Shown here piece after piece: positions 15,843 through 27,500 of a stretch of 44,027 nt of DNA. The stretch covers positions 1 to 44,027 of IMG/VR virus record IMGVR_UViG_3300043432_000246; one strand, 5' to 3'. Below the pieces are notes generated by a model. That model was not told the DNA's origin. It did not search any database and saw nothing but the letters and a program-made list of their open reading frames with translations. This DNA comes from a virus. Its lineage: Duplodnaviria > Caudoviricetes. The translations under genes were made by a program, and so were the position numbers. How positions within the stretch are numbered: the stretch's first letter is position 1; every line of letters begins with the position of its first letter.

Positions 15843-18791
15843 ATGCCGCAGTACCTTCATCAATCATCTTTTGCCGGCGGTGAGTTTTCGCCCGACGCTC
15901 AGGCGCGCGTTGACATTGATAAATATAAGACCGGAGCTAAGACGCTTCGCAATTTCATTGTCACTCAGAAAGGTGTCCCGCAAACGCGCCCCGGAACGCA
16001 TTTTGTTTCTGTTGCAAAATATTCAGACCGCGCCGCAAGATTGATCCCATTTGTATTTTCTACAGATGCGGCCTACATGCTCGAGTTTGGAGATGAATAC
16101 ATCCGTTTCTATAAAAATGGCGGTCAAATTCTTGAGGACACGAACAATTCAGTGATCCCGTTTTGGGCTTCAACCCTGAGCTACAATATCGGCGATTACG
16201 CGATGGATACAAGGGTTGATTACACGATCCATCTTTATCGAAGCCTGATAAATTCCAATACCGTCAATAAGCCGGAAGTTTCTCCAACAAAGTGGCAAGA
16301 CATTGGGGAAATCCGTCAATGGAACTCAGCGGTCACTTATAGTTCCGGTGATTATGTCTACCAGATTAGGACAACTGACGGGAAACGCAAACTCTACATA
16401 AGCGCGCAGAATTCAAATTTGAATCACGATCCGAATTCTATCTTAACCTATTGGAGCGAAGCCAAGCCGGCTAATTACAATGCTTCAACAACGTACAGTA
16501 TTGGCGACTATATTTCTGTGACTGATCAGTTCGGAAACGTATCGATCTACCGGAGCATGCGCGACAACAACACCGGGCATGATATCTACACGGAAGGATT
16601 GTGGTGGCAATTTTGGAATGGGCCTTTAACGTGGAGCAGTGGAACCACTTATGCAGCCGGAGACTATGTTATCAGGTTCGGTTCTGGCGTTTATAAATCA
16701 TTCCTGAGTCTGCAAGGCAGCAATCTTGGGCAGGACCCGCTGAGCGCATCTGTTGTTTATTGGACTGCTTTCGATTCCCCTGCTGCCTATGAAATTGAAT
16801 CGCCTTATGCACAAGAGGACATTGATCTCCTTAAATATGTCCAATCAGCCGACACGCTTTACATCGTGCATCCAAATTACAAACCAAAGACGCTGCAAAG
16901 AATATCGGACAACGATTGGACGCTGGCCGATTATGCCTATGAGAATGGACCTTTTAGGATTGGAAATTCTGATACCAACAAAACGCTGAGGGTTTATCTC
17001 GACGGAACTGATTACAAAATCGTTACAGCTGGATCGCCCGGATATGACTATTTCACATCTGACATGGAAGGCGCGCTGTTTCAACTCAATTATTTCGTTG
17101 CTGCAAATCACGTTCACGACGTTTTCACGAGTGCCGGCCAGAGCGACCAACTTACCTGTGGCGGAACGTGGCGCCTTGTGACCGGTGGATTATGGGACGG
17201 AACGCTTCTCCTTGAGAAATCGATCGACAACGGAGCTACTTGGAGCGAAGTTGGGACGTTCAGAAATCCTGGCGACACGGACGTAAATTTTAATACGTTC
17301 GGAACAATAGACAATGATGGCGATCCGTTTCTTCTTCGCATAACACTTTCAGCACACGATGCAGGAAATGTTGACGTCACGCTCTCCGCTGATGAATTCA
17401 CGCAAGTTGGAGTTTTCCGATTGGATACCGTGACAGACGCAAGGAATGGAATTGGAACTCCGATAAAAAACATTCTTCTTTCCGGTACCGAGTCATTTAC
17501 AAGTGATTGGGCGGAAGGAGCGTGGTCGAATTATCGTGGTTGGCCCGAAACAGTAGCCTTTGCACAGGACCGCCTGGTATTTGGCGGAAATACTTCCGAG
17601 CCTCAAACGGTATGGATGACGAAATCCAGCAATTACGTTGATTTTGGTCGAAGCATCCCGCTTGTCGACAGCGATGGGATTACGATTAATTTACTCAGCC
17701 GGCAGATAAATCGCATCCGATCGCTCGTATCATTTTTGAATTCCGTGATTGCGTTCACTGGATCGTCTGAATTTTCGATTGAAGGAATTTCCGATGGTCC
17801 TCTGACTCCAACAAACGTGTTCACAAAATTGCAGGGGCTTCGCGGAACCGGGGATATTGACCCGATTCTGGTTGGCAATCACATCATCTTCATTTCACCG
17901 CTTTCGACCGCAGTGCGCGACATGATCTTCAACGTGTTCAACCAGAGTTTTGACACCGCGAATATCAGCACGCTTTCAGATCACTTAATTAAAGACAGCC
18001 CCATCGTCGCTATGGCGTATCAGCAAGAGCCCGATAGCGTTATTTGGATGGTGAGAGAGGACGGGAAACTCGTTAGCGTCACCTATTCCAAAGAACAAGA
18101 AATGAACGCCTGGACACGCCATGACACCGACAACGGACTATTCGAGAGCGTTGCAACGATTCCCGGATCAGACGCAGACGAAGTATGGTTCATCGTTAAG
18201 CGCGGCAGTCTTAGGTTCATCGAACGCATGTTGGCGCGCACCTCCTCAACCGACCCAGCGGACCAGTATTTTGTGGACAGTGGTTTGTCATACGATGGCG
18301 CACCAGCGTCGGTACTTACAGGGTTGGACCACTTGAACGGGTTGCAGGTAACAATCAACGCCGAAGGATTTATACTTCCGAATCAGACTGTTTCAAACGG
18401 CCAAATCACGCTCGATCAAGCACGCTCGAAAGTTATTGCGGGGCTCCCGATCACGCCTGACGTGGAAACTTTGAATGTCGACGTTCCTCTGCGTGACGGA
18501 ACAAGTCAAGGACGCCGATATCATATTGGTTCTTGCAACATCAGATTTTTGAATTCGCGCGGTGGCCAAGTTGGAATGGACTCAGATAATCTGGACACGG
18601 TAATTGACGAGCGCGATCCGGCACTGGCAGCCGCTACGCCAACACCTCTTTTTACAGGCTGGCCGGCCAAGCAAATAACGATCAAACAAAGTGATGATGG
18701 CCGAGGGCATTTGATGATCCGCCAAAATGAGCCGATGCCGATGACTATTCTGGCGATAACGCTTGCCGTCGACCAAGGCGACAAACTGTGA
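15843..18791 (+). CDS. Tail nozzle (tubular protein B-like) with inserted carbohydrate-binding-type repeats
   Basis: SFAGGEFSP, RLIPFVFS, LEFGDEYIRFY, QSADTLYIVHP, GWP..VAF.QDRL, AWTRH and FVDSG motifs. Confidence 0.9.
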   Translation: MPQYLHQSSFAGGEFSPDAQARVDIDKYKTGAKTLRNFIVTQKGVPQTRPGTHFVSVAKYSDRAARLIPFVFSTDAAYMLEFGDEYIRFYKNGGQILEDTNNSVIPFWASTLSYNIGDYAMDTRVDYTIHLYRSLINSNTVNKPEVSPTKWQDIGEIRQWNSAVTYSSGDYVYQIRTTDGKRKLYISAQNSNLNHDPNSILTYWSEAKPANYNASTTYSIGDYISVTDQFGNVSIYRSMRDNNTGHDIYTEGLWWQFWNGPLTWSSGTTYAAGDYVIRFGSGVYKSFLSLQGSNLGQDPLSASVVYWTAFDSPAAYEIESPYAQEDIDLLKYVQSADTLYIVHPNYKPKTLQRISDNDWTLADYAYENGPFRIGNSDTNKTLRVYLDGTDYKIVTAGSPGYDYFTSDMEGALFQLNYFVAANHVHDVFTSAGQSDQLTCGGTWRLVTGGLWDGTLLLEKSIDNGATWSEVGTFRNPGDTDVNFNTFGTIDNDGDPFLLRITLSAHDAGNVDVTLSADEFTQVGVFRLDTVTDARNGIGTPIKNILLSGTESFTSDWAEGAWSNYRGWPETVAFAQDRLVFGGNTSEPQTVWMTKSSNYVDFGRSIPLVDSDGITINLLSRQINRIRSLVSFLNSVIAFTGSSEFSIEGISDGPLTPTNVFTKLQGLRGTGDIDPILVGNHIIFISPLSTAVRDMIFNVFNQSFDTANISTLSDHLIKDSPIVAMAYQQEPDSVIWMVREDGKLVSVTYSKEQEMNAWTRHDTDNGLFESVATIPGSDADEVWFIVKRGSLRFIERMLARTSSTDPADQYFVDSGLSYDGAPASVLTGLDHLNGLQVTINAEGFILPNQTVSNGQITLDQARSKVIAGLPITPDVETLNVDVPLRDGTSQGRRYHIGSCNIRFLNSRGGQVGMDSDNLDTVIDERDPALAAATPTPLFTGWPAKQITIKQSDDGRGHLMIRQNEPMPMTILAITLAVDQGDKL

Positions 18792-19267
18792 AGATTTACG
18801 ACGAACACAATGTTCTTATTCGTGAAGCTCAGTTCGATGACATCAAGGGACTGGCCCAGAACATGCGCAAAGCAGAAGTGGACGAGGTTTGGTCAGAATC
18901 ACATCTTGGACCAGAGAAAGCATTGCGCCTCAGTTTTCACAGATCATCGCTGAAATATAGTTTGTTTTTTAAGGACCGGATTGTGGCAATGTTCGGCGTT
19001 GTGCCGGAATCTCTTTTGAGCGATCACGCGCAAGTGTGGATGCTCACCTCCAACGAGATCGACAGAATGAAAATACGGTTCCTGAAACTGAGCCGGAAAT
19101 TCATCGAGTTTTTGCGTGAACGATATCCGGTGCTTCAAAACTTTGTTGATTGTCGGCATGAGCGTTCTATCGCTTGGCTGGAATGGCTGGGGGCGGAAGT
19201 AAGCCCACCAGAGTCTTATGGACCGGACAACATGCCGTTCCGATTTTTCACTTTTGGGGGTAGATAG
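18788..19267 (+). CDS. GNAT-like protein (T7 gp13/internal virion protein A-like)
   Basis: NMRKAEVDEV, AMFGV, VWML and LQNFVD..HERSIAWLEWLG; position after the nozzle. Confidence 0.75.
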   Translation: MKIYDEHNVLIREAQFDDIKGLAQNMRKAEVDEVWSESHLGPEKALRLSFHRSSLKYSLFFKDRIVAMFGVVPESLLSDHAQVWMLTSNEIDRMKIRFLKLSRKFIEFLRERYPVLQNFVDCRHERSIAWLEWLGAEVSPPESYGPDNMPFRFFTFGGR

Positions 19268-19873
19268 ATGGGCGCCGCGGCAATTCCATTAATGATCGCT
19301 GGCACTGCCAGTTCTGCTTACGGATCGTACCAAGAAGGATTGGCCCAATCCGGTTACTATAAATATCTGGCCAACAACTCCCGAATGAAAGCGGCGCTGG
19401 TCCAGAATCAGGCTAAACAGGAAATGACATTCGCGGAAGATCAGGGCGCGCGCGAATCACAGATTGCTTTGCGCAACACGAAACAAGTGGAAGGCGCGCA
19501 AACAGTGGCCGCGGCTGAAAATGTTGGAGGAGGATCAGTTACTTCCGCGGACATCGCGCGCGACACATTCGACAAAGCTCATTTGGATCAAATGGCCATC
19601 AAATACAACGCAGACGTTAAAGCATGGCGCGCTCAGAACCAAGGCAATCTCGAGGCTTGGAACCTTAACAACGAAGCGCAGGGCTATGATTTCGCGGCGC
19701 GCAACGCCAAGATCACAGGGAAACGGAACGCCTTCAATTCGCTTTTGAGCGGTTCTTCGCAAGTGGCAGGGAAATGGGCCGCGGGAAGTTCCCTGCGACC
19801 AGTCCAAAAATATGCCATATCAAAAGCAATAAATAACGGTTCTCCATTTCCTGTCGGATCGGGTGAATATTAA
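19268..19873 (+). CDS. Internal virion/ejection protein (gp14-like position)
   Basis: Ala/Gln-rich helical protein with hydrophobic Gly/Ala N-terminus; synteny. Confidence 0.7.
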   Translation: MGAAAIPLMIAGTASSAYGSYQEGLAQSGYYKYLANNSRMKAALVQNQAKQEMTFAEDQGARESQIALRNTKQVEGAQTVAAAENVGGGSVTSADIARDTFDKAHLDQMAIKYNADVKAWRAQNQGNLEAWNLNNEAQGYDFAARNAKITGKRNAFNSLLSGSSQVAGKWAAGSSLRPVQKYAISKAINNGSPFPVGSGEY

Positions 19874-21504
19874 TGAGCATTAAAGTACCCGTATACGAAC
19901 AGCAGACGCAACCCCGAGAAGCCGTAGCGCCTTCTGCTCCAAACCTTGGCGCTCCACCGGCCTCTGCATTTGGAACTGAAATAGCGAACGCCAACACAAA
20001 CACAGGGAAAATAGTTCAGAACATCGGAAGCGTTTTGGCAGATCACATGATCGCGCGAGAACGCATGGCGCAAAAGGCCCAAGTTATTGAGGCCGACACC
20101 GCTTTCCGTTCAGATTTACAGAACCATATGTTCGACACCGAAGTTGACGAGAACGGTGTTCCAAAAGGCGTTTTCAATCGACAGGGTATAACTGCGCAGG
20201 GTGCCACCGAACAATTTGACGCGCAACATGCAATGCTACGACAGAAGTACATTGATTCAATGCAAACGCCTTACCAGAAGCAACTCTTGGGCGAACAGAT
20301 GGACCAAAACTATCCAAGGCTTCGGGAATTGGTAGCGCGACATGAAGGCCAACAGATAAGGATTGGGCAGGACAAAATCGTCCAGCAGAACTTGGAAAGC
20401 CGTGTCAATACAGCCGGTCTTTTCAAAGATGATCCAGCCGGACTTCTTAAAGAAATAGAGACTGGCGCCCAATACCAGTATTCTCATGCAGTTGACAACG
20501 GTGTTTCAAATGACGCCGATGCAATGACCAAAGCAAAAAACAAATTCACAAAAGACATGATCGAAAGCGCAATCAAGCCTCTTATCAGCCCGGACCCGAA
20601 CACAGCTATGCGTTATCTGGACAAAGTTAAATCAGCCGTTTCTCCATCTTTGTATGCAGACCTTCAAAAAGAAGTTCTCGAAAAATCACGCATCGCTGAT
20701 GGACTACAAAAGTATTTCCAGAAAAAGAACCAGCAATTTTCTCTCGAAGATCAAAACCATAATGAAGCCGAGTACGCTGGAAAGATGGCGAATGGTGATT
20801 TGAACCCCGATGAAATGCTGGATATGAAATCAAAAGTTTCTCCCGGTTTTTTCCACGCCACGGAAACCGCATTAAAGAATTATGGAAAAGACCCAGAAGG
20901 AACACCATACAGCCGTATGACTGCTGGAATCACGCTCCAAAAACAATTCGTTGCAATCCTCGGTGAGGATTCGGAGAAGAAAACAAAATCTCTGATGAAG
21001 TTTCGGTCAGATGTGATGGCGTCCCAAATGAAATTGGAACCGGATACTTTTAATAAACTTCTCAGCTATTCAGACCCGAATTTCGTTGCGAAAATAAAAC
21101 CTGAGAAAGTTGGGCTCATTCAAGCCGGCATTGATTTCATCAAAAACCATTACCAGGATTTCGTGAAAGGCGGAAATCCCGTCGACGCGATTAAAAACTT
21201 TATCGCAACTTCAACCGATCCATCGGTAAACCCTGCAGATATAACTGCTCACGCCCAAGCCGCGGTCAAAGGCGACACGCTCAAAGCGCATCCGGAATTG
21301 GTTGGCCACAATGATTTGTCACACAATGTTGTGCGTCCTTCTGGAATTAGTCAGGTGATGAGCCCGACAGCGACAACTAAATTAAAAGGCACACAGAAAA
21401 TAGCGCCGCCTTCTCAATTTAAGCCCGGCGACGAACGCAAGAAGGGCGATGTGATTTATGTCCGACAACAGGATGGAACGTGGCTGCCGAAACCCAAGCA
21501 TTAA
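19873..21504 (+). CDS. Internal virion/ejection protein (gp15-like position)
   Basis: Starts IKVPVYEQQ; helical; synteny. Confidence 0.65.
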   Translation: MSIKVPVYEQQTQPREAVAPSAPNLGAPPASAFGTEIANANTNTGKIVQNIGSVLADHMIARERMAQKAQVIEADTAFRSDLQNHMFDTEVDENGVPKGVFNRQGITAQGATEQFDAQHAMLRQKYIDSMQTPYQKQLLGEQMDQNYPRLRELVARHEGQQIRIGQDKIVQQNLESRVNTAGLFKDDPAGLLKEIETGAQYQYSHAVDNGVSNDADAMTKAKNKFTKDMIESAIKPLISPDPNTAMRYLDKVKSAVSPSLYADLQKEVLEKSRIADGLQKYFQKKNQQFSLEDQNHNEAEYAGKMANGDLNPDEMLDMKSKVSPGFFHATETALKNYGKDPEGTPYSRMTAGITLQKQFVAILGEDSEKKTKSLMKFRSDVMASQMKLEPDTFNKLLSYSDPNFVAKIKPEKVGLIQAGIDFIKNHYQDFVKGGNPVDAIKNFIATSTDPSVNPADITAHAQAAVKGDTLKAHPELVGHNDLSHNVVRPSGISQVMSPTATTKLKGTQKIAPPSQFKPGDERKKGDVIYVRQQDGTWLPKPKH

Positions 21505-24500
21505 CTGACGCTGACTTCACGGACGCTTCGGCAACTACGTCTCCTCCGGTGCAGTCACAAAAACCTCTTTCCGATTCCGATTTCTCGGAAGGCGGTGAAT
21601 CTTCCGTAAGCGCTCCCCCAGTCCCACAGGCCACAACTCTTGTGGCTGATAAGAATGTGGTGTTGAGCCATCCGGCTGATATGTCCCACGATCAGGTGAA
21701 CGATGCCGTACAAACCCAAGTCTATGGGAAATCCCGAATTGATATGCACCAAAACGTGCCACTCACTCCCGTTCTTTTCAAAGCATTTAACCGCGTGCTT
21801 ATGGGTTCCGGTATCAACGCGTTCACATCCATTTCACCAGAGGACGCAAAAAAAATTCTTCCTGAAACTGGCAAAGCCGCTGTGCGAGGAATAGAAAATA
21901 TTGGCGTTGGCATGGCTGGACTATCAAAATGGTTTGGTGAAACGCTTGGACACGGAACGGCGCCGGACATTTCGGCAGAGCCAGAATGGGTTCAGAATAT
22001 CGGAAAACATCTTTCTGACATTGGCCAATCCGCGATTAATTGGCTCCATGAAAGGCAGCAAAAAGGTTTTGAGACTCCGGACCCAGAAGTTTTCAGGGGA
22101 TCATTTACATCCAATCCATCATATTCTCGTTTAGCCGCAAGCGTGGCGCAGGGAATTCCGGCGCTTGGAGCTGCCGCTGCGGTAACTGTTGCAACTGCGA
22201 ACCCAATAGCCGGAGCAGGTGCGCTTGGTCTTATGGGTGCAGGAGAAGAATATTCGGCAGCACGCGAAAGTGGCGCCGGAAAAGGTCAGGCCAGTGGTGT
22301 TGCAGCGCTTTCTGGTGTTGGAAACACACTTTTGATGAGCCTTCCCATCGGACACTTTTTGGAAGGATTTGGTCGTCCTGGGATTGAATCGGTGATTAAA
22401 GGTGGAACCGAATTCGCAGGGATCAGCGCTGTGATGACGCCTTTCAACAATATCGTGTCAAAACTCGGAGGCGACAAGTCGCGGAAACTTTTCGACGGAA
22501 TGGCAGAATCGATTTTGTCGGGCGCGGTCAGCGGCGGGATACTGGGCGGTTTCAGCCCAGGTCGTGGCGCCGAAGTCGATGGCATGATCCAGGATGCGCA
22601 TAAGGCGGGAGTGTCGGCCAAAGACATCGACGGTGCGCGGGAAGTGATTGCAGACCAAATGAAGAAGAATCCGGAATCTGTCATGGGCGCGGTGGATCAG
22701 GCGAAATTTAACCAGGAATCGTTGGGTAGGATGAAAGAAGCCGGCCAAATCGTCCAGGATAACCCCGAAATGAAAACGGGCGCGCGCATGGTCTACAATA
22801 ATGCCAAACGCATATTTGAGAATGGTCCTCGGCCAGAAAACATCAGCCCGGAGGAATGGCCTTCAAAAATAGATGCTGTGGCTAAGATTTGGGCGGCGGC
22901 GGCGGTGAAAGAAGCTAAACGACGTGGAGTTTCACCGGAGGACGTTTATCGGAGCTGGAATCTGAACCGGGTTGAGCAAGGGACCATGCCGGATCAAGCG
23001 CAGCAAGCGCCTCCGTCCACTGGACAAGTCCCTCCGGCCCAGGCGGGAAGTTCTTCCGCGAATGAAGCACATCTGCGTATTTTTCCATTAACTGAGGTTT
23101 CATCGTCGGAAAGTATATCGCAACATCCCGATTTTATCAAGATGAGTAATGACGCGGCGGCGGTTGTAGAGCATTATGCAAAGCTACGCGGGATTGATCC
23201 AAGCAACGAATTGGCCGATTCTCTTTTCCGTGAATTTCACGACAAGCTGGGCGAGATTATGAAGGCGCAGACGCCAGAAGAACGCCTTGCCGTTGCAGAG
23301 CGAATTAAAGCCGAGCATCCAGACATTGAGAACGAGTTTTCGGTGTTGCGCGACAAGCTCTGGACTGACACCAACCAGGGCTATTTTAAGCGGAGTGTGG
23401 CTGAAAAGTACGGTTCTATGCGACCAAAGAAGGGTATTGAAGCGGAAAATGTTCCACAAAGAGCAAAAGCCAAGCCGATTAAATACGACGAAACCGGACT
23501 TCCCGAGCGCCGGCCAGGATCGGTTGTTTCCACCGTCACCACTGCAGACGGAGATACCGTTAAAATTACCCACGACATGATACTTGGCGAGGCCGCTGGA
23601 CTTCTTCAAGATGCCCAGAATGAATGGCAGATGCGTAAAGATTCCGATGAATTGGCAAATATTGGAAAAATTCACTTAAGCAAAAGTGAAGAAGCAAAAT
23701 TCAAAGATGTTCCATGGTGGGTCCGAAAAAAGTTTTTCACTAAAGACACAATTGCTTCCAGCATTGATCGCGTAGCCAAAGCAAACGGTATGGACGAAGT
23801 TGACCTTATCGATAAAATCGTCAATTACGACAAGACCATTTCAAAGGCGCCTCCAAGCAAACTTGCTGATTATTATGATGAGGGTCAGCGCAATCTCGAA
23901 TACTATTATTCCAATTACCAAGCGGAAAGCCCCGAAGTGGAAGTCGAGCCGGGCATTTTTTTTCAGAATGATTTGTTCAACACGCCAAAAGAAAACATCG
24001 CACAGACCTACGAGCGTTTACGTCAACAGGGATTGGACCAAGGACTAAATCCGTCGGAAGCTGCAAAGTGGGCCAAGGATAATCTACCGCGAGAACAGAA
24101 GGCTATCGCGGAACAAAAATCAACGCAAACAGAATTTGGGGCCGGCGGAGTGCAAGGATTTGGTCAAGGCCGACAAGGCGAGCAGGAGCTTTTTCAGCCA
24201 GCTTATCATGGCACACCACACAAATTCGATGAATTCAGTTTGCACAAAATCGGTACTGGACAGGGTGCGCAAACTTATGGATGGGGTCTTTATTTTGCTG
24301 GCGCGAAAGACGTAGCTGAGCATTACCGTGAACAACTTGCCGGAAAATTCATTGTCACGAACTGGAAGATAGGTGATTTTCAGGTTGTTAAGAATGAAGA
24401 ATACCGAGACTACTCTCCAAAAACAAGTTCACATGAGGATACAGCCAAATCCGCGATCATAGAAGATATTTTGATAAATCAAGCTGATCTCGAAGCGGAG

Positions 24501-27500
24501 TTTTCCACTGGCGGAGAAAAAGCCGTTAAGAAAGCCACCCTCGATATTATTGACGATAAAATTAAAACCTATAAAGAAGAATGGCCCGAAGCAGTTCCCG
24601 CAGCCAAAAAATTCAGGGATTCAGTTGATCGGCTTGGCGTGAAAATGACGGCTGAAAAACCTGGTCACATTTATACTGTTGATATTCCCGAAAATCACGA
24701 ATATCTTGATTGGGACAAATCGATAAATGATCAATCGGATAAAAGTCAATCTGTCATAAAACAGGTGATGCAGAAAGTTGGCGCAGTATATCTACCAAAA
24801 GAAACTGATCCAAATAAACTTACTGGCGCAGATATTTACCAATCACTCATCCGATATTTTGAGGCCAATCCAGATCAGCAATCAAAAAGCCCATCCGAAG
24901 CTGCCTCGCGCTATTTATCATCGCTTGGTATTCCAGGATTAAAATACTTGGATCAACAGAGCCGTGATTTTATTGTGAAAATATCAACCGAGAAAGGACC
25001 GTATTCAGAGTTGCATTTCGACAATAAGAAATCAGCTGATAGCTATGCGGAAGAAAAAAGAAAAGAAGGGTTTGCCGCTGACGTGGTACATGGCGGAACA
25101 TCAAATTACGTTTTGTTCGACGACAAACTAATCAAGATAACCGATTTTTACCAGAAGAATGGAGGCAAAGAACCAAAAGCATCCGTCAAATTCACACCAG
25201 AAGGCGCGGTGATAAATCTTTTCAAGAAAGCGGACGTGACCTCAATCCTCCATGAATCCGCGCACATCTGGTTGAAAGACATGCACGATTTTGTGAACTC
25301 AGGGAAAGCCGATGAGGTTTACAAAGCTGACTGGAAAATCATGTCTGATTGGCTCGGAATAAAAGAAGGCGCGAAATCACTCACGGAAATACAGCAGGAA
25401 AAATTCGCGCGTGGATTTGAACAATATCTAAGAGAAGGGAAATCACCGCAGCCGGGATTGTCCGAAGTATTTGCTCGGCTTAAAGAATGGTTCACGCAGG
25501 TGTACAAGAGCGCCAAGGCGCTGCGCGTTGAACTCACGCCAGAAGTTCGCAAGTTTATGGACAACATGCTTAACGAGCCAATTGACCAAACCAAGGAAGC
25601 GGCACCACCGAACAAGTATGTTCGCAATGAACCATTCAATGCGCAGATAGGAAAAACTGATCGGGCAACTGCCGCTGATTTAAGAAAGGAATATGTCGGA
25701 ATTAAAAATTCCCAGATTGTCCGTGGTAGTCAATTGGCAGATGAGATTCGTCGGATGGTTCCCAATAAAGCAGACCGCGAAGGAATGTTCTGGTACAAGG
25801 CCGCGAATGGTGATCAGAATGTTTTGGATGAAGCGCTGAACGATCCAAAGCTGGAAAAATACCATGAACAGATTATGCGTGCGATGACGCTCCCGGAGAA
25901 CGCGAGGAAAGCACTTGAGAAAGTTGACCAATATTACGCTGAGGCCGGCCAAGTTTCACAAGAAACTGGAACAATAAAAAGTGTGCGCGAAAACTACCAG
26001 AACCGGATTTATAATCCGGAGCCTCCACGCGATTATGTTAAGACAGAAACAAAGCAAGGATTGAAACAGGGAACTTCCCATTCCAAGCAACGTGTTTTCG
26101 ACACCGAGTTTCAGGCAGCGCAAGCGGGAAAAACTTTTGCGACCACAGACGTTGCTGACGCACTTTCAATTCACAACGAGGAAATGGCGCGTGTAAATAC
26201 GGCGCGCTCAATGGCTGATGCTATGGCGGAGAATGGACTTGGCGCATGGAAAAAAGAAGTTCCCGATGGATGGGCTCAAGTGGGAACGCTCGAGAAACGA
26301 GTTCCGATAAAAGACAAAAATGGAGAAGCCGTTATCGGAGAGGACGGGAACCAAGTTGTTTCTTCCAGTAAGTTTGTGGCGCCAGAAGGAATAGCGAAAG
26401 GATTGTCCGCGATTGCTGATCCGAATTTCACGAAGAAAATAGATGCGCTTCGCAATCTCCAAAAATATCAGGGCTTGGCGAAAACACTCAATCTGTCATT
26501 CTCGTTTTTTCACCATTTGTCAGAAGCCGCGGTAACTCTCTATCAGGGCGGAGTTGGCGCATTGATGAATGTTGGGAAAATGGATCAAGCGCTCGGATCA
26601 CAGGATTTCCGTGATATCGAACAGGATTTCGTTAAACACACCGGCATGACTTCCATGGTCGACACCAATATGGACATTCTTAGGAATCTCGTTGAAAACA
26701 AACAAGACTGGTTTTCAAAATTGACCAATAAGCCCGGATTAAAACAGGTTCTTGAAACAGCAGAGAAAGGTGGCAACTTTTTATTCGGTAAGTTTCAGCG
26801 ATACATCAAAGTGATGGACTATGGCCGCAAGATGTCAAACTGGATTGCTGACAATCCCGAAGCAACAAACGCGGAAGTGAAAGCGGCCAAAGTAGGATTC
26901 GCCAAGGAAATAAATGCAGCCTATGGCGGACTCAATTGGGAAGCAATGGGAATGACAAAATCAAACATTTCGCTTTTACGCCTTGGACTTCTGGCGCCAG
27001 ATTGGACAATTTCAAACGGTTTGTTGCTCAAGTACGCACTTGGCGGAGGAACTGCCGGAAAAGCATCGCGCGCACATCTTATAACTGCGCTTGTCGGCGG
27101 AATGGTTTTAACCGAAGGAATCAATAAAATGCTCACTGGCCATTTCACCGATGAAAATAAGGAAGGACACAAACTTGAAATTGAGATCGCGCCCAATGTT
27201 TATGTTTCGCTCTTGCGCGGTGGAATCGGTGACATTTCAAAACTTTATTCCATGCTTCAAGATTCTGGAGCCAAGGGCGCGTTCAGATTCGCTCAAGGGA
27301 AATTGGCTCCAATTCCACGCGGAGCATTGTCTGCCTTGTCTGGAATTGAATACACAGGCCGGTCAATTTATAAAAATCATCCCAAGCATCCTGCGATTGG
27401 AAACACTTACGATTTCATAAAAGCGATGTTTTTGAACATGTCGCCTTTGCCATTTGGCGCCAGCAATGCCATCCAATATCTGAGTGAAAAAGATAAATCG

